Assembly: GCA_965223545.1 (NCBI GenBank)
Contig: OZ245006.1
Coordinates: 7,104,001 to 7,168,000, forward strand
DNA length: 64,000 bases
Source of the DNA: Planctomycetota bacterium
Lineage (GTDB): Bacteria > Planctomycetota > UBA1135 > UBA2386
Direction of reading: 5' to 3'
Position numbers and translations under genes: made by a program. A model generated the notes under the pieces. The model ran no database searches, was not told the DNA's origin, and worked only from the letters and a program-made list of their open reading frames with translations. Of this stretch, positions 9,649 through 20,000 are shown in pieces. How positions within the stretch are numbered: the first letter of the stretch is position 1; every line of letters begins with the position of its first letter.

Positions 9649-10875
9649 ATGCTACCCCAAGCGCTGAAGAACACGCTGACCTTCATCCTCGCGGGCGGAC
9701 AAGGCGAGCGATTGAAGCCGCTGACCGCGCGTCGGGCAAAGCCGGCGGTGCCGTTTGGCGGTGCCTATCGCATCATCGACTTCACCCTCAGCAACTGCAT
9801 CCACTCGGGGTTGCGGCGCATCTACGTGCTCACCCAGTACCAGGCGCGCTCCCTCGAGGAGCACATCCGCTTCGGCTGGAACTTCTTGCCGCGCCGTCTG
9901 GAGCAGTTCATCAGCGTGCGGCCCCCGCACCACCTGTCCAACGACCGCTGGTACTTGGGCACTGCCGACGCCATCCACCACAACATCGACGCCATCCAAG
10001 CGGATCGACCCGAGCAGGTGCTGGTGCTCTCGGGCGATCACATCTACCGGATGAACTACGGCGCGATGCTGTCCGAGCATCTGCTGCACGGCGCGGCGCT
10101 CACGATCGGAGCCGTGGTGATCCCGGTCGAGGAGAGCCGGCGCTTCGGCGTGCTCGAGGTCGACGACGAGGGGCGCGTGGTGTCGTTCGTCGAGAAGCCC
10201 GAGCGCGGCCCGGAGATTCCGGGCAAGCCCGGCTACTGCCTGGGGTCGATGGGCATCTACATCTTCGATGCCGACGAGCTGGTGCGGCGCCTGCGCGAGG
10301 ATGCGGCGCTGGGCAGTGAGAGCAGCCACGACTTCGGCAAGGACATCATCCCGCGGATGATCCCCGAGGTCGGCGTGCGGGCGCACTTCTTCGAGGACCC
10401 TTCCGGCGGCGACGCCTACTGGCGCGACGTCGGCACCATCGACGCGTACTACGAGGCCAACCTCGACCTGTGCAGCGTCGAGCCGCTGTTCAACCTGTAC
10501 GACGCGGATTGGCCGATCTACACGCAGTGGCAGAACGACCCGCCGGCCAAGACCGTGTTCGACGAGGACGGCCGCCGGGCTTCCGTCGTCGACTCGATGC
10601 TGTGCCAGGGCGCCGTGGTGTCGGGATCGTCCGTGCGCCGCTCGATCCTGTCGCACCGAGTGTTCGTCGACGAGAGCGCAGCGGTCGAGGACTCGATCCT
10701 GTTCAAGGGTGTCGTCGTTGGCAAGGGCGCCAAGGTGCGGCGCGCGATCGTCGACAAGTGGGTGCAGATCCCCGACGGCTTCGAGATCGGCTACGACGAC
10801 GAGGCCGACCGCTCGCGCTTCGTGGTTACCGAATCGGGGATCGTCGTCGTGCCGCGCAAGTACGGCTTCGACTGA
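9649..10875 (+). CDS. glgC: Glucose-1-phosphate adenylyltransferase (ADP-glucose pyrophosphorylase)
   Basis: LAGGQGERLKPLT, RAKPAVPFGG, GTADA, SGDHIY, FVEKP, DFGKDII, YWRDVGT. Confidence 0.96.
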   Translation: MLPQALKNTLTFILAGGQGERLKPLTARRAKPAVPFGGAYRIIDFTLSNCIHSGLRRIYVLTQYQARSLEEHIRFGWNFLPRRLEQFISVRPPHHLSNDRWYLGTADAIHHNIDAIQADRPEQVLVLSGDHIYRMNYGAMLSEHLLHGAALTIGAVVIPVEESRRFGVLEVDDEGRVVSFVEKPERGPEIPGKPGYCLGSMGIYIFDADELVRRLREDAALGSESSHDFGKDIIPRMIPEVGVRAHFFEDPSGGDAYWRDVGTIDAYYEANLDLCSVEPLFNLYDADWPIYTQWQNDPPAKTVFDEDGRRASVVDSMLCQGAVVSGSSVRRSILSHRVFVDESAAVEDSILFKGVVVGKGAKVRRAIVDKWVQIPDGFEIGYDDEADRSRFVVTESGIVVVPRKYGFD

Positions 10876-10932
10876 GGTACACTTCCTCCGCCTTCCGTCT
10901 CCGTTTGCCCGCCCCCGCCGCCTGCTTTGCCC

Positions 10933-11574
10933 ATGCCCGAACCGTCGAGCTCCGGATTCCGCGTCCAGACCGTAGTCGCTGTCGGCGCGCATCCCGACGA
11001 CGTCGAGATCGGGTGTCTGGGCACGCTCTTGAAGATGGGCCCGGACGTCGACGTGCACGTGTTCGTCGGCTGTCTCGGCACCCCGGGGGACCCGACGACC
11101 AGCGTGGCCCGCGCCGATGAGACGGTCGCCGCGTTCGAGTGCTTGTCGCCGGCGACGCTGCACGTGCGCCAGCGGCCCGGCATCACCCCCGCCGACTTCG
11201 AGAACGTGCTGCAGGAGCTGCAGGCGCTGATCGATCGCGTCAAGCCGGACCTCGTCCTGTGCCACGGTCCCAAGGACACGCATCAGGAGCACCGCCTGAT
11301 GTGGGAGATCTGCTTGGCGGCGGCGCGCCGGTGCAAGGCCAGCATCCTCCACTACGGCACGGCGAGCAGCACGGCCGACTTCAGCCCGCACGTGTTCGTC
11401 GACATCTCGGCGCACTACGAGACCAAGAAGCGCGCGCTGAAAGAGCACGTGACGCAGGCGGACAAGGACTACATGAACCCGCCACACCTCGACATCTGCC
11501 ACTCGAACACCTACGCCTCGCTGCACGGTGTGCGGTGCTCGGAGGCGTTCGAGCTGTTTCGAGCATTCCTCTGA
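10933..11574 (+). CDS. PIG-L/LmbE family deacetylase
   Basis: GAHPDDVEIG and DTHQEH metal motifs. Confidence 0.88.
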   Translation: MPEPSSSGFRVQTVVAVGAHPDDVEIGCLGTLLKMGPDVDVHVFVGCLGTPGDPTTSVARADETVAAFECLSPATLHVRQRPGITPADFENVLQELQALIDRVKPDLVLCHGPKDTHQEHRLMWEICLAAARRCKASILHYGTASSTADFSPHVFVDISAHYETKKRALKEHVTQADKDYMNPPHLDICHSNTYASLHGVRCSEAFELFRAFL

Positions 11575-11595
11575 GAAAGCCCCCTTCTGACAATC

Positions 11596-12405
11596 ATGGC
11601 CAGAACCGATTCATCGGACACTCCCGACCGCAAGACGGTCGCCGATCATCTCTACAAGGAGCGCGGCGCGAAGGAAGCCAGCGACCGCTGCGATGCGAAC
11701 TCGAAGTACGGCGCGGTCGACCTGTGCGAAGAGATGCTGCGGCATTCGGGTATGGGCCCGGGCAGCGTGGTCTTCGACGTCGGCTGCGGCAGCGGCCAGC
11801 ACCTCGTGCGCTACGCCGAGGTGGTCGGCGCCGGCGGTAGCGCGCGCGGCTTCGATTTCTCGCCGGAGGCGGTGGAGAACACGCGCAAGCGCGGCATCGA
11901 TGCCGAGGTCGCCAGCTCGGACAAGCTGCCGGTTGGCGACGCGTCCGCCGACGTGATCACCTGCGCCTACTCGATCTACTACATGCCCGACCTCGACGCG
12001 ACCATCTCGGAGTGGGCGCGGGTGCTGCGCCCCGGCGGGAAGACGGTGATCTCGGGCCCGGCCGACGACACCAACAAGGATCTCTACGACTTCCACCGCG
12101 AAGTCACCGGTCGCGGACCGGCGGACGTCGACGTGCTCTCGCTGGGCTACGTGCAGAACCGCGTGCCCGACGCCCTGCAGAAGCACGGCTTCGCCGAGTC
12201 GCGCATCGAGATCATGACCAACCCGATCGCGTTTCCGACGGTCGACGAGTTCGTCCACTACTGGACGTCGACCAGCCTTTTCGCGCGCGGCGTCGAAGAA
12301 GACCAGCGGCAAGCGACGATCGACAAGGGGCGGCAGCTGCTGGCTACGCGCCCGGGACCGTACACCGTGACCAAGCGGGTGGCGATCGCGGTCGGCGTGC
12401 GCTGA
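11596..12405 (+). CDS. Class I SAM-dependent methyltransferase
   Basis: VFDVGCGSG, GFDFS, RVLRPGG. Confidence 0.9.
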   Translation: MARTDSSDTPDRKTVADHLYKERGAKEASDRCDANSKYGAVDLCEEMLRHSGMGPGSVVFDVGCGSGQHLVRYAEVVGAGGSARGFDFSPEAVENTRKRGIDAEVASSDKLPVGDASADVITCAYSIYYMPDLDATISEWARVLRPGGKTVISGPADDTNKDLYDFHREVTGRGPADVDVLSLGYVQNRVPDALQKHGFAESRIEIMTNPIAFPTVDEFVHYWTSTSLFARGVEEDQRQATIDKGRQLLATRPGPYTVTKRVAIAVGVR

Positions 12406-12450
12406 GCGCAAGATGCTGGCGCGGTCGTCTCGAGCGGGGCCGGGGGGCGC

Positions 12451-13629
12451 GTGCGCTTGTTGATGACCTTTCCGCTCGCGCTCGGCACGCCGGGCGGCGG
12501 CACGGTCGGCTGCCTGCGCATCGCGCGCGCGCTGGCGGCCCGCGGCGTCTCGGTTTGCGTGCTGCCGCTCACCACCCACGCCGGACTCGGCGCGCACCGG
12601 CCGCGGTGCCCCGATGATCTCGTCGGTCGCGACCGATGGGAGGAGCTGCGCGACGCCGGCGTCGAGGTGACGCCGGTCGAGCCGGCGGCGAGCTACCGCC
12701 ACGATCACCGTGTGATGCGGGTCGCGGTGGCGGCTGCCCTGCAGCGCCGTCCGGCGGCGGCGGTGGTGGGGTGGCACCACGAGTTCGCCTCGTTGCCGGC
12801 CTGGCTGCGGCGGCGCGGGGTGGCGTCCGGGGTGATCGCCGCCGGTCAGTACGAGCACCTCGCCGCCGAGCCCGTGCCGCTCCTGCCCGGCCCGGGGTGG
12901 TGGCGCCGGCGGCGCCAGCGCGCCTTGATCGCGGGGGCGATGAGCGCCGATGTCGTGCTGTCGATCTCGGCGTTCTTGGGCGGTGTGGTGCGGGCGGTGT
13001 TCGCGCTCGATCCGGCGCGGATCGCGGTCGTGCCGTGGGGGGTGGAGCCGATCTTCCAACGGCCTTCGCGCCCGGCGTCGGCGTCGGTCGAGCGGCTGTT
13101 GTTCTACGGCTCCGCGGCGCCGCGCAAGGGCATTCCCGACACGCTGGCGGCTCTCGGCGCGATCGCCGCCGCGGGCGGACCGCCGTGGCGGCTGCGGCTG
13201 GTCGCTTGGGACCGCGAGCAAACCGCCAGGTTGGCGGCCGAGCATGGAATCACCGAGCGCGTCGAGCTGCTCGAGCCGATGCCGCACGAGGCCCTGGTGC
13301 GCCAGCTCGAGTGGGCGCAGCTGGCGATCCTGCCCTCGACCTACGAGTCCTTCGGTCTGGCCTGCGCCGAGTGCCAGGCGGCGGGCTTGCCGGTGATCGC
13401 CTACGACGTCGGCGGCGTCGGCGAGGTGGTCGCCGACGGAGAGTCCGGCTGGCTGGTGCCGGTGGGCGATCGCGCCGCGCTGCGCGGCGCGATCGAAGCC
13501 GCGCTGGCGGATCCCGGCGAAGTCGCGCGGCGCGGCGCCGCGGGTGCGGCGCGCGCGCGTGCGTTCACTTGGGAGCGGACCGCGGAGTTGATCGTCGAGC
13601 GGCTCGACGCCGTTCGCGGTCGTGGCTGA
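12451..13629 (+). CDS. Glycosyltransferase family 4
   Basis: RKG, PSTYESFGLACAECQAAGLPV, FTWE. Confidence 0.9.
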   Translation: MRLLMTFPLALGTPGGGTVGCLRIARALAARGVSVCVLPLTTHAGLGAHRPRCPDDLVGRDRWEELRDAGVEVTPVEPAASYRHDHRVMRVAVAAALQRRPAAAVVGWHHEFASLPAWLRRRGVASGVIAAGQYEHLAAEPVPLLPGPGWWRRRRQRALIAGAMSADVVLSISAFLGGVVRAVFALDPARIAVVPWGVEPIFQRPSRPASASVERLLFYGSAAPRKGIPDTLAALGAIAAAGGPPWRLRLVAWDREQTARLAAEHGITERVELLEPMPHEALVRQLEWAQLAILPSTYESFGLACAECQAAGLPVIAYDVGGVGEVVADGESGWLVPVGDRAALRGAIEAALADPGEVARRGAAGAARARAFTWERTAELIVERLDAVRGRG

Positions 13630-13659
13630 CGGACTCTACCCTCGCGAAACCCGGAGGCT

Positions 13660-14007
13660 TTGCCAGTGATCAACGGTGCCCACATCATCCTCTACAGCAA
13701 GGACCCCGAGGCCGACCGCGCGTTCGTGCGCGATGTGTTGGGGCTCGACCACGTCGACGTCGGCGGCGGTTGGCTGATCTTCGCCTTGCCCCCGTCCGAA
13801 GTCGCGGTGCACCCGTCCGAGAAGAACGACGTGCACGAGCTCTACTTCATGTGTGCATCGGTGACCGAGTTCATCGCGAAGATGGGCGAGAAGGGCGTCG
13901 CCTGCGGCCCGATCCAGCAGCAGCCGTGGGGCGCGCTCACCACGATCACCCTGCCGGGCGGCGGCGAGATCGGTGTGTACGAGCCGCGCCACGAACGACC
14001 GTCTTGA
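13660..14007 (+). CDS. VOC/glyoxalase family protein
   Basis: GAHIILYSKDPEADRAF, EVAVHP, QPWG, VYEPRH; start may be GTG at 13666. Confidence 0.85.
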   Translation: MPVINGAHIILYSKDPEADRAFVRDVLGLDHVDVGGGWLIFALPPSEVAVHPSEKNDVHELYFMCASVTEFIAKMGEKGVACGPIQQQPWGALTTITLPGGGEIGVYEPRHERPS

Positions 14008-14037
14008 CGAGGGACGATCGGGTCACCCGACGTTTCG

Positions 14038-16890
14038 CTACTCCACGAACAGGGCGCGGGCGAAGGCCTCGGTGCGCGCGCCGAGCTCCGCCGCGGTCAG
14101 GCCGAAGGCGGCCTCGAGTTCGGGTGGCCGGCCGGCGTCTTGCGCCAGCGCGAACGCGAGCAACGCGGGCCGGTGGCGGCCATCGTCGGCGTGGAAGAGG
14201 TAGTGGCAGGCGGCGGCGGACTGGGCGTAGAACCGGTCGACCTCGCTCAGCAGGGCGCGACCGCGGGCGTAGGTCGTCAACGACACACCGGGACCGTCGG
14301 GGGCCTCGATCTGCAGGTCGCCGAGCCCGCGGTGTGAGATCGAGAACAGCCGGTCCCACGGCAGCAGGGCGCCGACCGCGGCGGCGTGGGCGACGGTGTC
14401 CAGCTGTCGGCTGGCGTTGGGCGCGGGCGTGCACGTGCGGGTCGACAGATCGAAGTCCAGCTCCTGCACCATGCCGGCGAGGCCCTCGACGATCCAATGG
14501 CCGCCGTGCCGGGTGGCGCGCGCCGGCCGCCGCACCGTCGACGCCGAGGCGCGCTCGGCGAGCCACTGGTGGGTGAGCTCGTGGGCGAGCACGTCCATCA
14601 CCTTCTCGAACTCGGTGGCGTCCGGTGGCAAGAACACGCGCGAGAGCCGCTCGGCCGGCGAGTAGTGGCCCGCGGTCCAGCTCAGATGGCCGCGCGCGCC
14701 GGCGCGCCGGGACTCGCGCAGATACTCCTCCTTGCTGCCGTAGAGCAAGACGTGCAGGCGCCGGTCGGCGGGCTGCTCGCCGGCGAACCAGGTCTCCAGC
14801 TGCCGGCACAGCAGCTCGCCGAGCGACAGGCAGCGCGCGATGCTCTTCGGTGTGTCGGCCGCCGTGAAGACCGTGAGCGAGGCGCTGCGCAGCGCCACCA
14901 GGTCGGTGCGCCACTCCTCGCGCCAACGCGCCAGCGCGCGCTGGTCGCGGTCGCCGCGCTGTCGCGGGCCCGCTGCGCGCACGAGCTCGATCTCGGTCTG
15001 CGCGCGTGCCTCGACCAGGTCGAGCCAGGCCAGTGGATTGCCGACCGCGGTCGCGCGCAGGCCGTCCGGCAGCCGCCGCCAGACGGCGGCGCGCGCGGCC
15101 GGATCGTGGGGTGCGAGGGTGAGCATGGCGCGGATCAACTCGAGGGTTCCCGGATCCGTCGCGCGCCCGGCGACGGCCTGCTCGACACGCCGCGACACCA
15201 AGCGCAGGGCGTCTCGCTGCAGCGTTTGCTCCCGCTGTCGCAGCTGGTGCGCCGCCGCGTTGTCGGTAGGCGCGTCGTCGGTGGGCGCAGTGCCGGCCAG
15301 CCGCGCGCGCAGCGCACGCTCGTGCCGCGCGGGCAGGTCGAGCCGGCGGACGGTGGCCAGCAGCCGCCGCCAGAGCTGCACGTCGCCACTTTCGAGCGCG
15401 GCGCGCAGGTAGGCGGGATAGGCACTGCGCAGACTGGCGTCGCGCAGCGCCGCGAGGGCGGTCGACACGGGCCGTCCGAAGTGCCGTGGCGTGCCCTCGC
15501 TGTCCTCGACGTACAGCACTTCGGCCAGCGCGATGCGGCGCGCACTGCGCGCTTCGGTGAGCGCCGCCGTATCCGGGGACAGGGTGAGGAGGCCGGCGAC
15601 GCGGCTGCCGCCGCGCAAGAGCGCGAAGCCGCGGCCCTGCCAGGGCCGCGCCGCCGTCGCCGCCGCCGGTGCCGGTGGCCGCCACCACTGAAGCGTGCGC
15701 CCGCCCGCCACCAGCAGGCCACCGTCGAGCGGAATCACGGTTGCGTTTTCGGGGAAGTCGACGCTCCAGAGCACCGGGGCATGGTCGGCGGCCAGGTCGA
15801 TGGCGGTGCCGCCCAGGTACGCCACGTCGCCGGCGATCGCCAGCCGGGCGCCGGTGCGCAGTGGCCGTTCGAGCCGCGGGGTTTGCAGCTCGTGGCCGAA
15901 GATCCCGCTGCTGGTGTCGGTGTCGGCGGGAGCGGGAACGTGCTCATACAGGACGGCTCCGCTGGCGCGGTCGAGGCGTCCGAGCCACCGGTCTTGCCAC
16001 AGCGCGACGTCGAGGATCGAGAACACACCGATCGCCGGGCGGTCGGCGGCGCGTTCCCAGTAGGCGGCCCAAGCCGGCGGGCCGCCGGGAAACGCGAGCG
16101 CGTGGGCCGGGCCGGCGGCGACGCGGGCGTCGGTGCCGAGCGGTTCGGTGCCGTTCGGCGGGGCGTTCCAGCGCATGCGCGGCGCGCCATCCGTGCGTTG
16201 CAGCCAATGCAGGCGCGCGCGGTGGTCCAGCACCGCGACCGCATCGCCGAGCAGAGCCGGTGCGCCGGTGAGACCGCGGTCGCCGGTAGCCCACGCGACC
16301 TGCAGGGTGTCCGCGTCGAGCCGATAGAGGGAGCCACCCGCGGTGACGTAGACTTCGCTGCCGAAGCGCACCGGTGGACCCACGCCCGGCAGGCGCCGTC
16401 GTTGCAAGAGCGCGGGCCCGCCGCGGCCGAGTGCGTACGACGACAGCTCGTGCGGGGCGGTGCGCAGCAGCAGAGTCTGCTGCCATAGAGTGGGGGCCAG
16501 GGGGTTGCGCGCCTCGACCGTCAACGGCGCGCCGGCGGGCTTGCCATCGAGGGCGCGCAGCACGTGTACCGCCGCGCGGTCGGCGCCGCGGCGCTCGACT
16601 GCGACGATCCGGTCCCCCCATGCCAGTGGCTCGCCCTCCAACTCGCTCGCGAACTCGACTTGCCACACCCGGTGCGGCGTCTTGCGCACCGGAGCGGCGG
16701 CGCTGCGCCGCCCGTGTGAAGCGCTGCCGCCCTCGCAGTACCAGGCGTGCGCTGGGGCGATCGCACCGTCGGTCGGCGGTTGGGCGAGAGCCCCCGGCGC
16801 AAGCAGCGCGGCGGTGGCCACGCCGCGCAGTCTTCGCAGCCGCCGTGGCGGGGGATCGTCGGGTCGGCGCCGGCGGTCGAAACGGGGCAC
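14038..16890 (-). CDS. Secreted protein with N-terminal PQQ-like beta-propeller and C-terminal DUF1570-like zincin domain
   Basis: Signal peptide ...GALA|QP; propeller-like W-containing repeats; AHELTHQ...WIVEGLA...FYAQS. Confidence 0.7.
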   Translation of the reverse strand: MPRFDRRRRPDDPPPRRLRRLRGVATAALLAPGALAQPPTDGAIAPAHAWYCEGGSASHGRRSAAAPVRKTPHRVWQVEFASELEGEPLAWGDRIVAVERRGADRAAVHVLRALDGKPAGAPLTVEARNPLAPTLWQQTLLLRTAPHELSSYALGRGGPALLQRRRLPGVGPPVRFGSEVYVTAGGSLYRLDADTLQVAWATGDRGLTGAPALLGDAVAVLDHRARLHWLQRTDGAPRMRWNAPPNGTEPLGTDARVAAGPAHALAFPGGPPAWAAYWERAADRPAIGVFSILDVALWQDRWLGRLDRASGAVLYEHVPAPADTDTSSGIFGHELQTPRLERPLRTGARLAIAGDVAYLGGTAIDLAADHAPVLWSVDFPENATVIPLDGGLLVAGGRTLQWWRPPAPAAATAARPWQGRGFALLRGGSRVAGLLTLSPDTAALTEARSARRIALAEVLYVEDSEGTPRHFGRPVSTALAALRDASLRSAYPAYLRAALESGDVQLWRRLLATVRRLDLPARHERALRARLAGTAPTDDAPTDNAAAHQLRQREQTLQRDALRLVSRRVEQAVAGRATDPGTLELIRAMLTLAPHDPAARAAVWRRLPDGLRATAVGNPLAWLDLVEARAQTEIELVRAAGPRQRGDRDQRALARWREEWRTDLVALRSASLTVFTAADTPKSIARCLSLGELLCRQLETWFAGEQPADRRLHVLLYGSKEEYLRESRRAGARGHLSWTAGHYSPAERLSRVFLPPDATEFEKVMDVLAHELTHQWLAERASASTVRRPARATRHGGHWIVEGLAGMVQELDFDLSTRTCTPAPNASRQLDTVAHAAAVGALLPWDRLFSISHRGLGDLQIEAPDGPGVSLTTYARGRALLSEVDRFYAQSAAACHYLFHADDGRHRPALLAFALAQDAGRPPELEAAFGLTAAELGARTEAFARALFVE

Positions 16891-17016
16891 GGTCGGGATG
16901 TTAGCGGCCGAACCGTCCGCGGGAATGACCCTCGCGGGGCGGAGGCAAGCGCGTCTTGTTCCGCGCCGCATGCTCGCGGCGTATGGTCAGGGGCTGGTTT
17001 CGACCCCTCCCCTCGC

Positions 17017-20000
17017 ATGGCGCATTCCATCTCTCGCCGTCTCGTTCCGCTCGCCGTGGCCCTTGCTGCAGTCTTGCCCGGGCAAGACTCCGGCGCGCAG
17101 CGGCTGACGCCGGAGCTGCTGTGGCAGCTGCGGCGGGTCAGCGATCCCAAGCCCGACCCGACCGGGCAGTACCTCCTGTACGCGGTGCGCACCTACGACA
17201 TCGACGAGAACAGCGGCACCACCCAGCTCTATCTGCTCGATCTGCGCAAGAACGAGCGGCGGCAGCTGACGACCCAGGGGAGCAACTTCAGCGCGTGCTG
17301 GTCGCCGTCCGGCGACGCGGTCGCGTTCTTGTCGACCCGCGGTGGCGCGCCGCAGATCTACCGGATGCGCATCGACGGCGGTGAACCGACCCAGGTCACC
17401 AGCGTCGAGGGCGGCGTCGCCAACTTGGCGTGGTCGCCGGACGGTGCGCACTTCTCGTTCACCGCCGACGTCTCGCTCGATCCGGACGTGCACGACCGGT
17501 ATCCCGACCTGCCCGAGGCGGAGGTCAAGATCTACGACTCGCTGCTGTTCCGGCACTGGGATCAGTGGAAGGACGGCACCTACAGCCACCTGTTCGTCGT
17601 GCCCGTCGATGGTGGCGAGCCGCGAGATCTGATGCCGGGCGAGCGCTTCGACACGCCGGTCAAGCCGTTTGGCGGCGGCGAGCAGATCGCCTGGTCGCCC
17701 GACGGCAAGGAGCTGTGCTACACGGCGAAGAAGGTCGAGGGCACGGCCTGGGTGTCGAGTACCGACAACGACCTGTACGTGGTGCCGGTCGACGGTGGCC
17801 CGGCGGTCGTGCTGACCGATGCCAACCCGGGCTACGACCAGGAGCCGGTGTACTCACCGGATGGCAAGTGGATCGCCTACCACAGTATGGAGCGCGCCGG
17901 CTTCGAGTCGGATCGCAACCGCATCATGCTGTACGAGCGGGCCACGGGCGCCATCACCGAGCTGACGCGCGGTCACGACATGAGCACGCACGGCGTCGCT
18001 TGGGCGCCGGACAGCGCGGCGGTGTACTTCTCGGCCGACGTGAAGGGGACGACGCAGGTGTTTCGGCTGGCGCTGCCGGGCAGCGGTGGGCTCGCCGGCG
18101 CGCGCGCGCTGTCGCGCGGGCGGGCTCAGGTGACCGGTCCGGTGCCGAGCGCCGATGGCGCGTGGGTGTACTGCACCGCGCAGAGCACCGAGCGGCCGTA
18201 CGAGATTGTGCGCCTGCCGGTCGGCGCCGAGTCGCCGACCGAGCCGCGGACCGCGGTCCTGACGCACGAGAACGACGCGCTGTACGCGAGCCTCGAGCTG
18301 CCGGTCGTCGAGGAGCGTTGGTTTCCGGCGACCGACGGCAAGCAGATCCACTCGTGGGTGATCAAGCCGCCCGGCTTCGACCCGGCGCGCCGCTACCCCA
18401 TGCTGCTGTACTGCCAGGGGGGACCCCAGTCGCAGGTCGGGCAGTGGTTCAGCTATCGCTGGAACTTCCACCTGATGGCAGCGCAGGGCTACGTCGTGCT
18501 CGCCGTCAACCGCCGCGGTTTGCCGGGCTTCGGCCAGGAGTGGAACGACCAGATCAGCCGTGACTGGGGCGGGCAGGCGATGCAGGACTTGCTGACCGCG
18601 ACCGACGCGATGCAGCAGGAGCCCTACATCGACGCCGAGCGCACGGCGGCGGTCGGCGCCAGCTTCGGCGGCTACACGGTCTTCTGGCTGATGGGCAACG
18701 ACGACCGCGACCGTTTCTGCACGATGATCGCGCACTGCGGCGTGTTCAACCTGGAGTCGATGTACCTGTCGACGGAGGAGCTCTTCTTCGTCAACTGGGA
18801 CCTGGGCGGGCCGTTCTGGCAGGATCCCGAGGTGTGGGAGGACTACGAGCGCTTCTCGCCGCACCGCAAGGTCGCCAACTGGACCACGCCGCTGCTGGTG
18901 ATCCACGGGGCGCGCGACTACCGGGTGCCCGACGCGCAGGGGCTGCAGGCGTTCACCGCCGCGCAGGTGCAGGGTGTGCCCTCGCGGCTGCTGTACTTCC
19001 CCGACGAAGGGCACTGGGTTTTGAGTCCGCAGAACGGCTTGGTCTGGCACCGCGAGTTCTTCGCCTGGCTGGACCGGTTCTGCAAGCCGGAGGGCGCGGT
19101 GCCGGCGAGCGGCGGTGGTGCCGCCGCGGCGCGCGCCGTCGATGCGGATGCGAGTGGCGATGCCGGTGTGGGCGACCGGCGCTATCTGCTGGAGCGCGTC
19201 GACGACACCGCCGTGGTCCAGCTCTACGCCGACGGCTTCGAGCAGCTGTCGCTGCGCGACAAGCAGCTGTGCTACCACCTGGCGCAGGCGGCGATCGCCG
19301 GCCGCGACATCTTCATCGACCAGAAGTTCGAAGAGAACCTGCCGATCCGCGACCTGCTGGAGGAGCTGTACCTGCACCGGGGCGTGTTGGGCGCCGAGCT
19401 CGGTGCCGAGATCGAGCGCTACACCAAGCTGTTCTGGGTGCACAACGGCGTGCACAACGCGATCACCACCAAGAAGGAGCGCCTGAACGCGACGCCGGAG
19501 CAGCTGCGGGCGGCGGTCGCGGCGGCGCGCGCCGACGGCGCGCAGATCGCCTTCGACGATGCCCGCTTGGCGGCGCTGTTTGCGGTGTTGACGGACCCGT
19601 CGAGCTTCGCGTCGTGCACCAACAAGTCGCCCGAGCACGGCGACGTGTTGGCCGAGAGTGCCAACAATCTGTACGCCGGCGTCACCTCGGCCGATCTCGA
19701 GGGGTTCGACGAGCGGTATCCGCTCAACAGCCGGCTGTGGAAGCGGCCCGACGGCGGCTTGGTCGAGCAGGTCTACCGCGCCGGCGACGGTGCCACCGTG
19801 CCGCCGGGGCTGTATGCGCGCGAGCTCAACGCGGTGATCGGCCATCTGCGGGCGGCGTTGCCGTTTGCACCGCCGCCGACACAGAAGGCGTTGCGCCACC
19901 TGATCCGCTACTACGAGACCGGCGATCCGGAGGACTGGCGCCGCTTCAACATCGCCTGGGTGCAGGACACCGACTCCGTGGTGGACCAGATCAACGGGTT

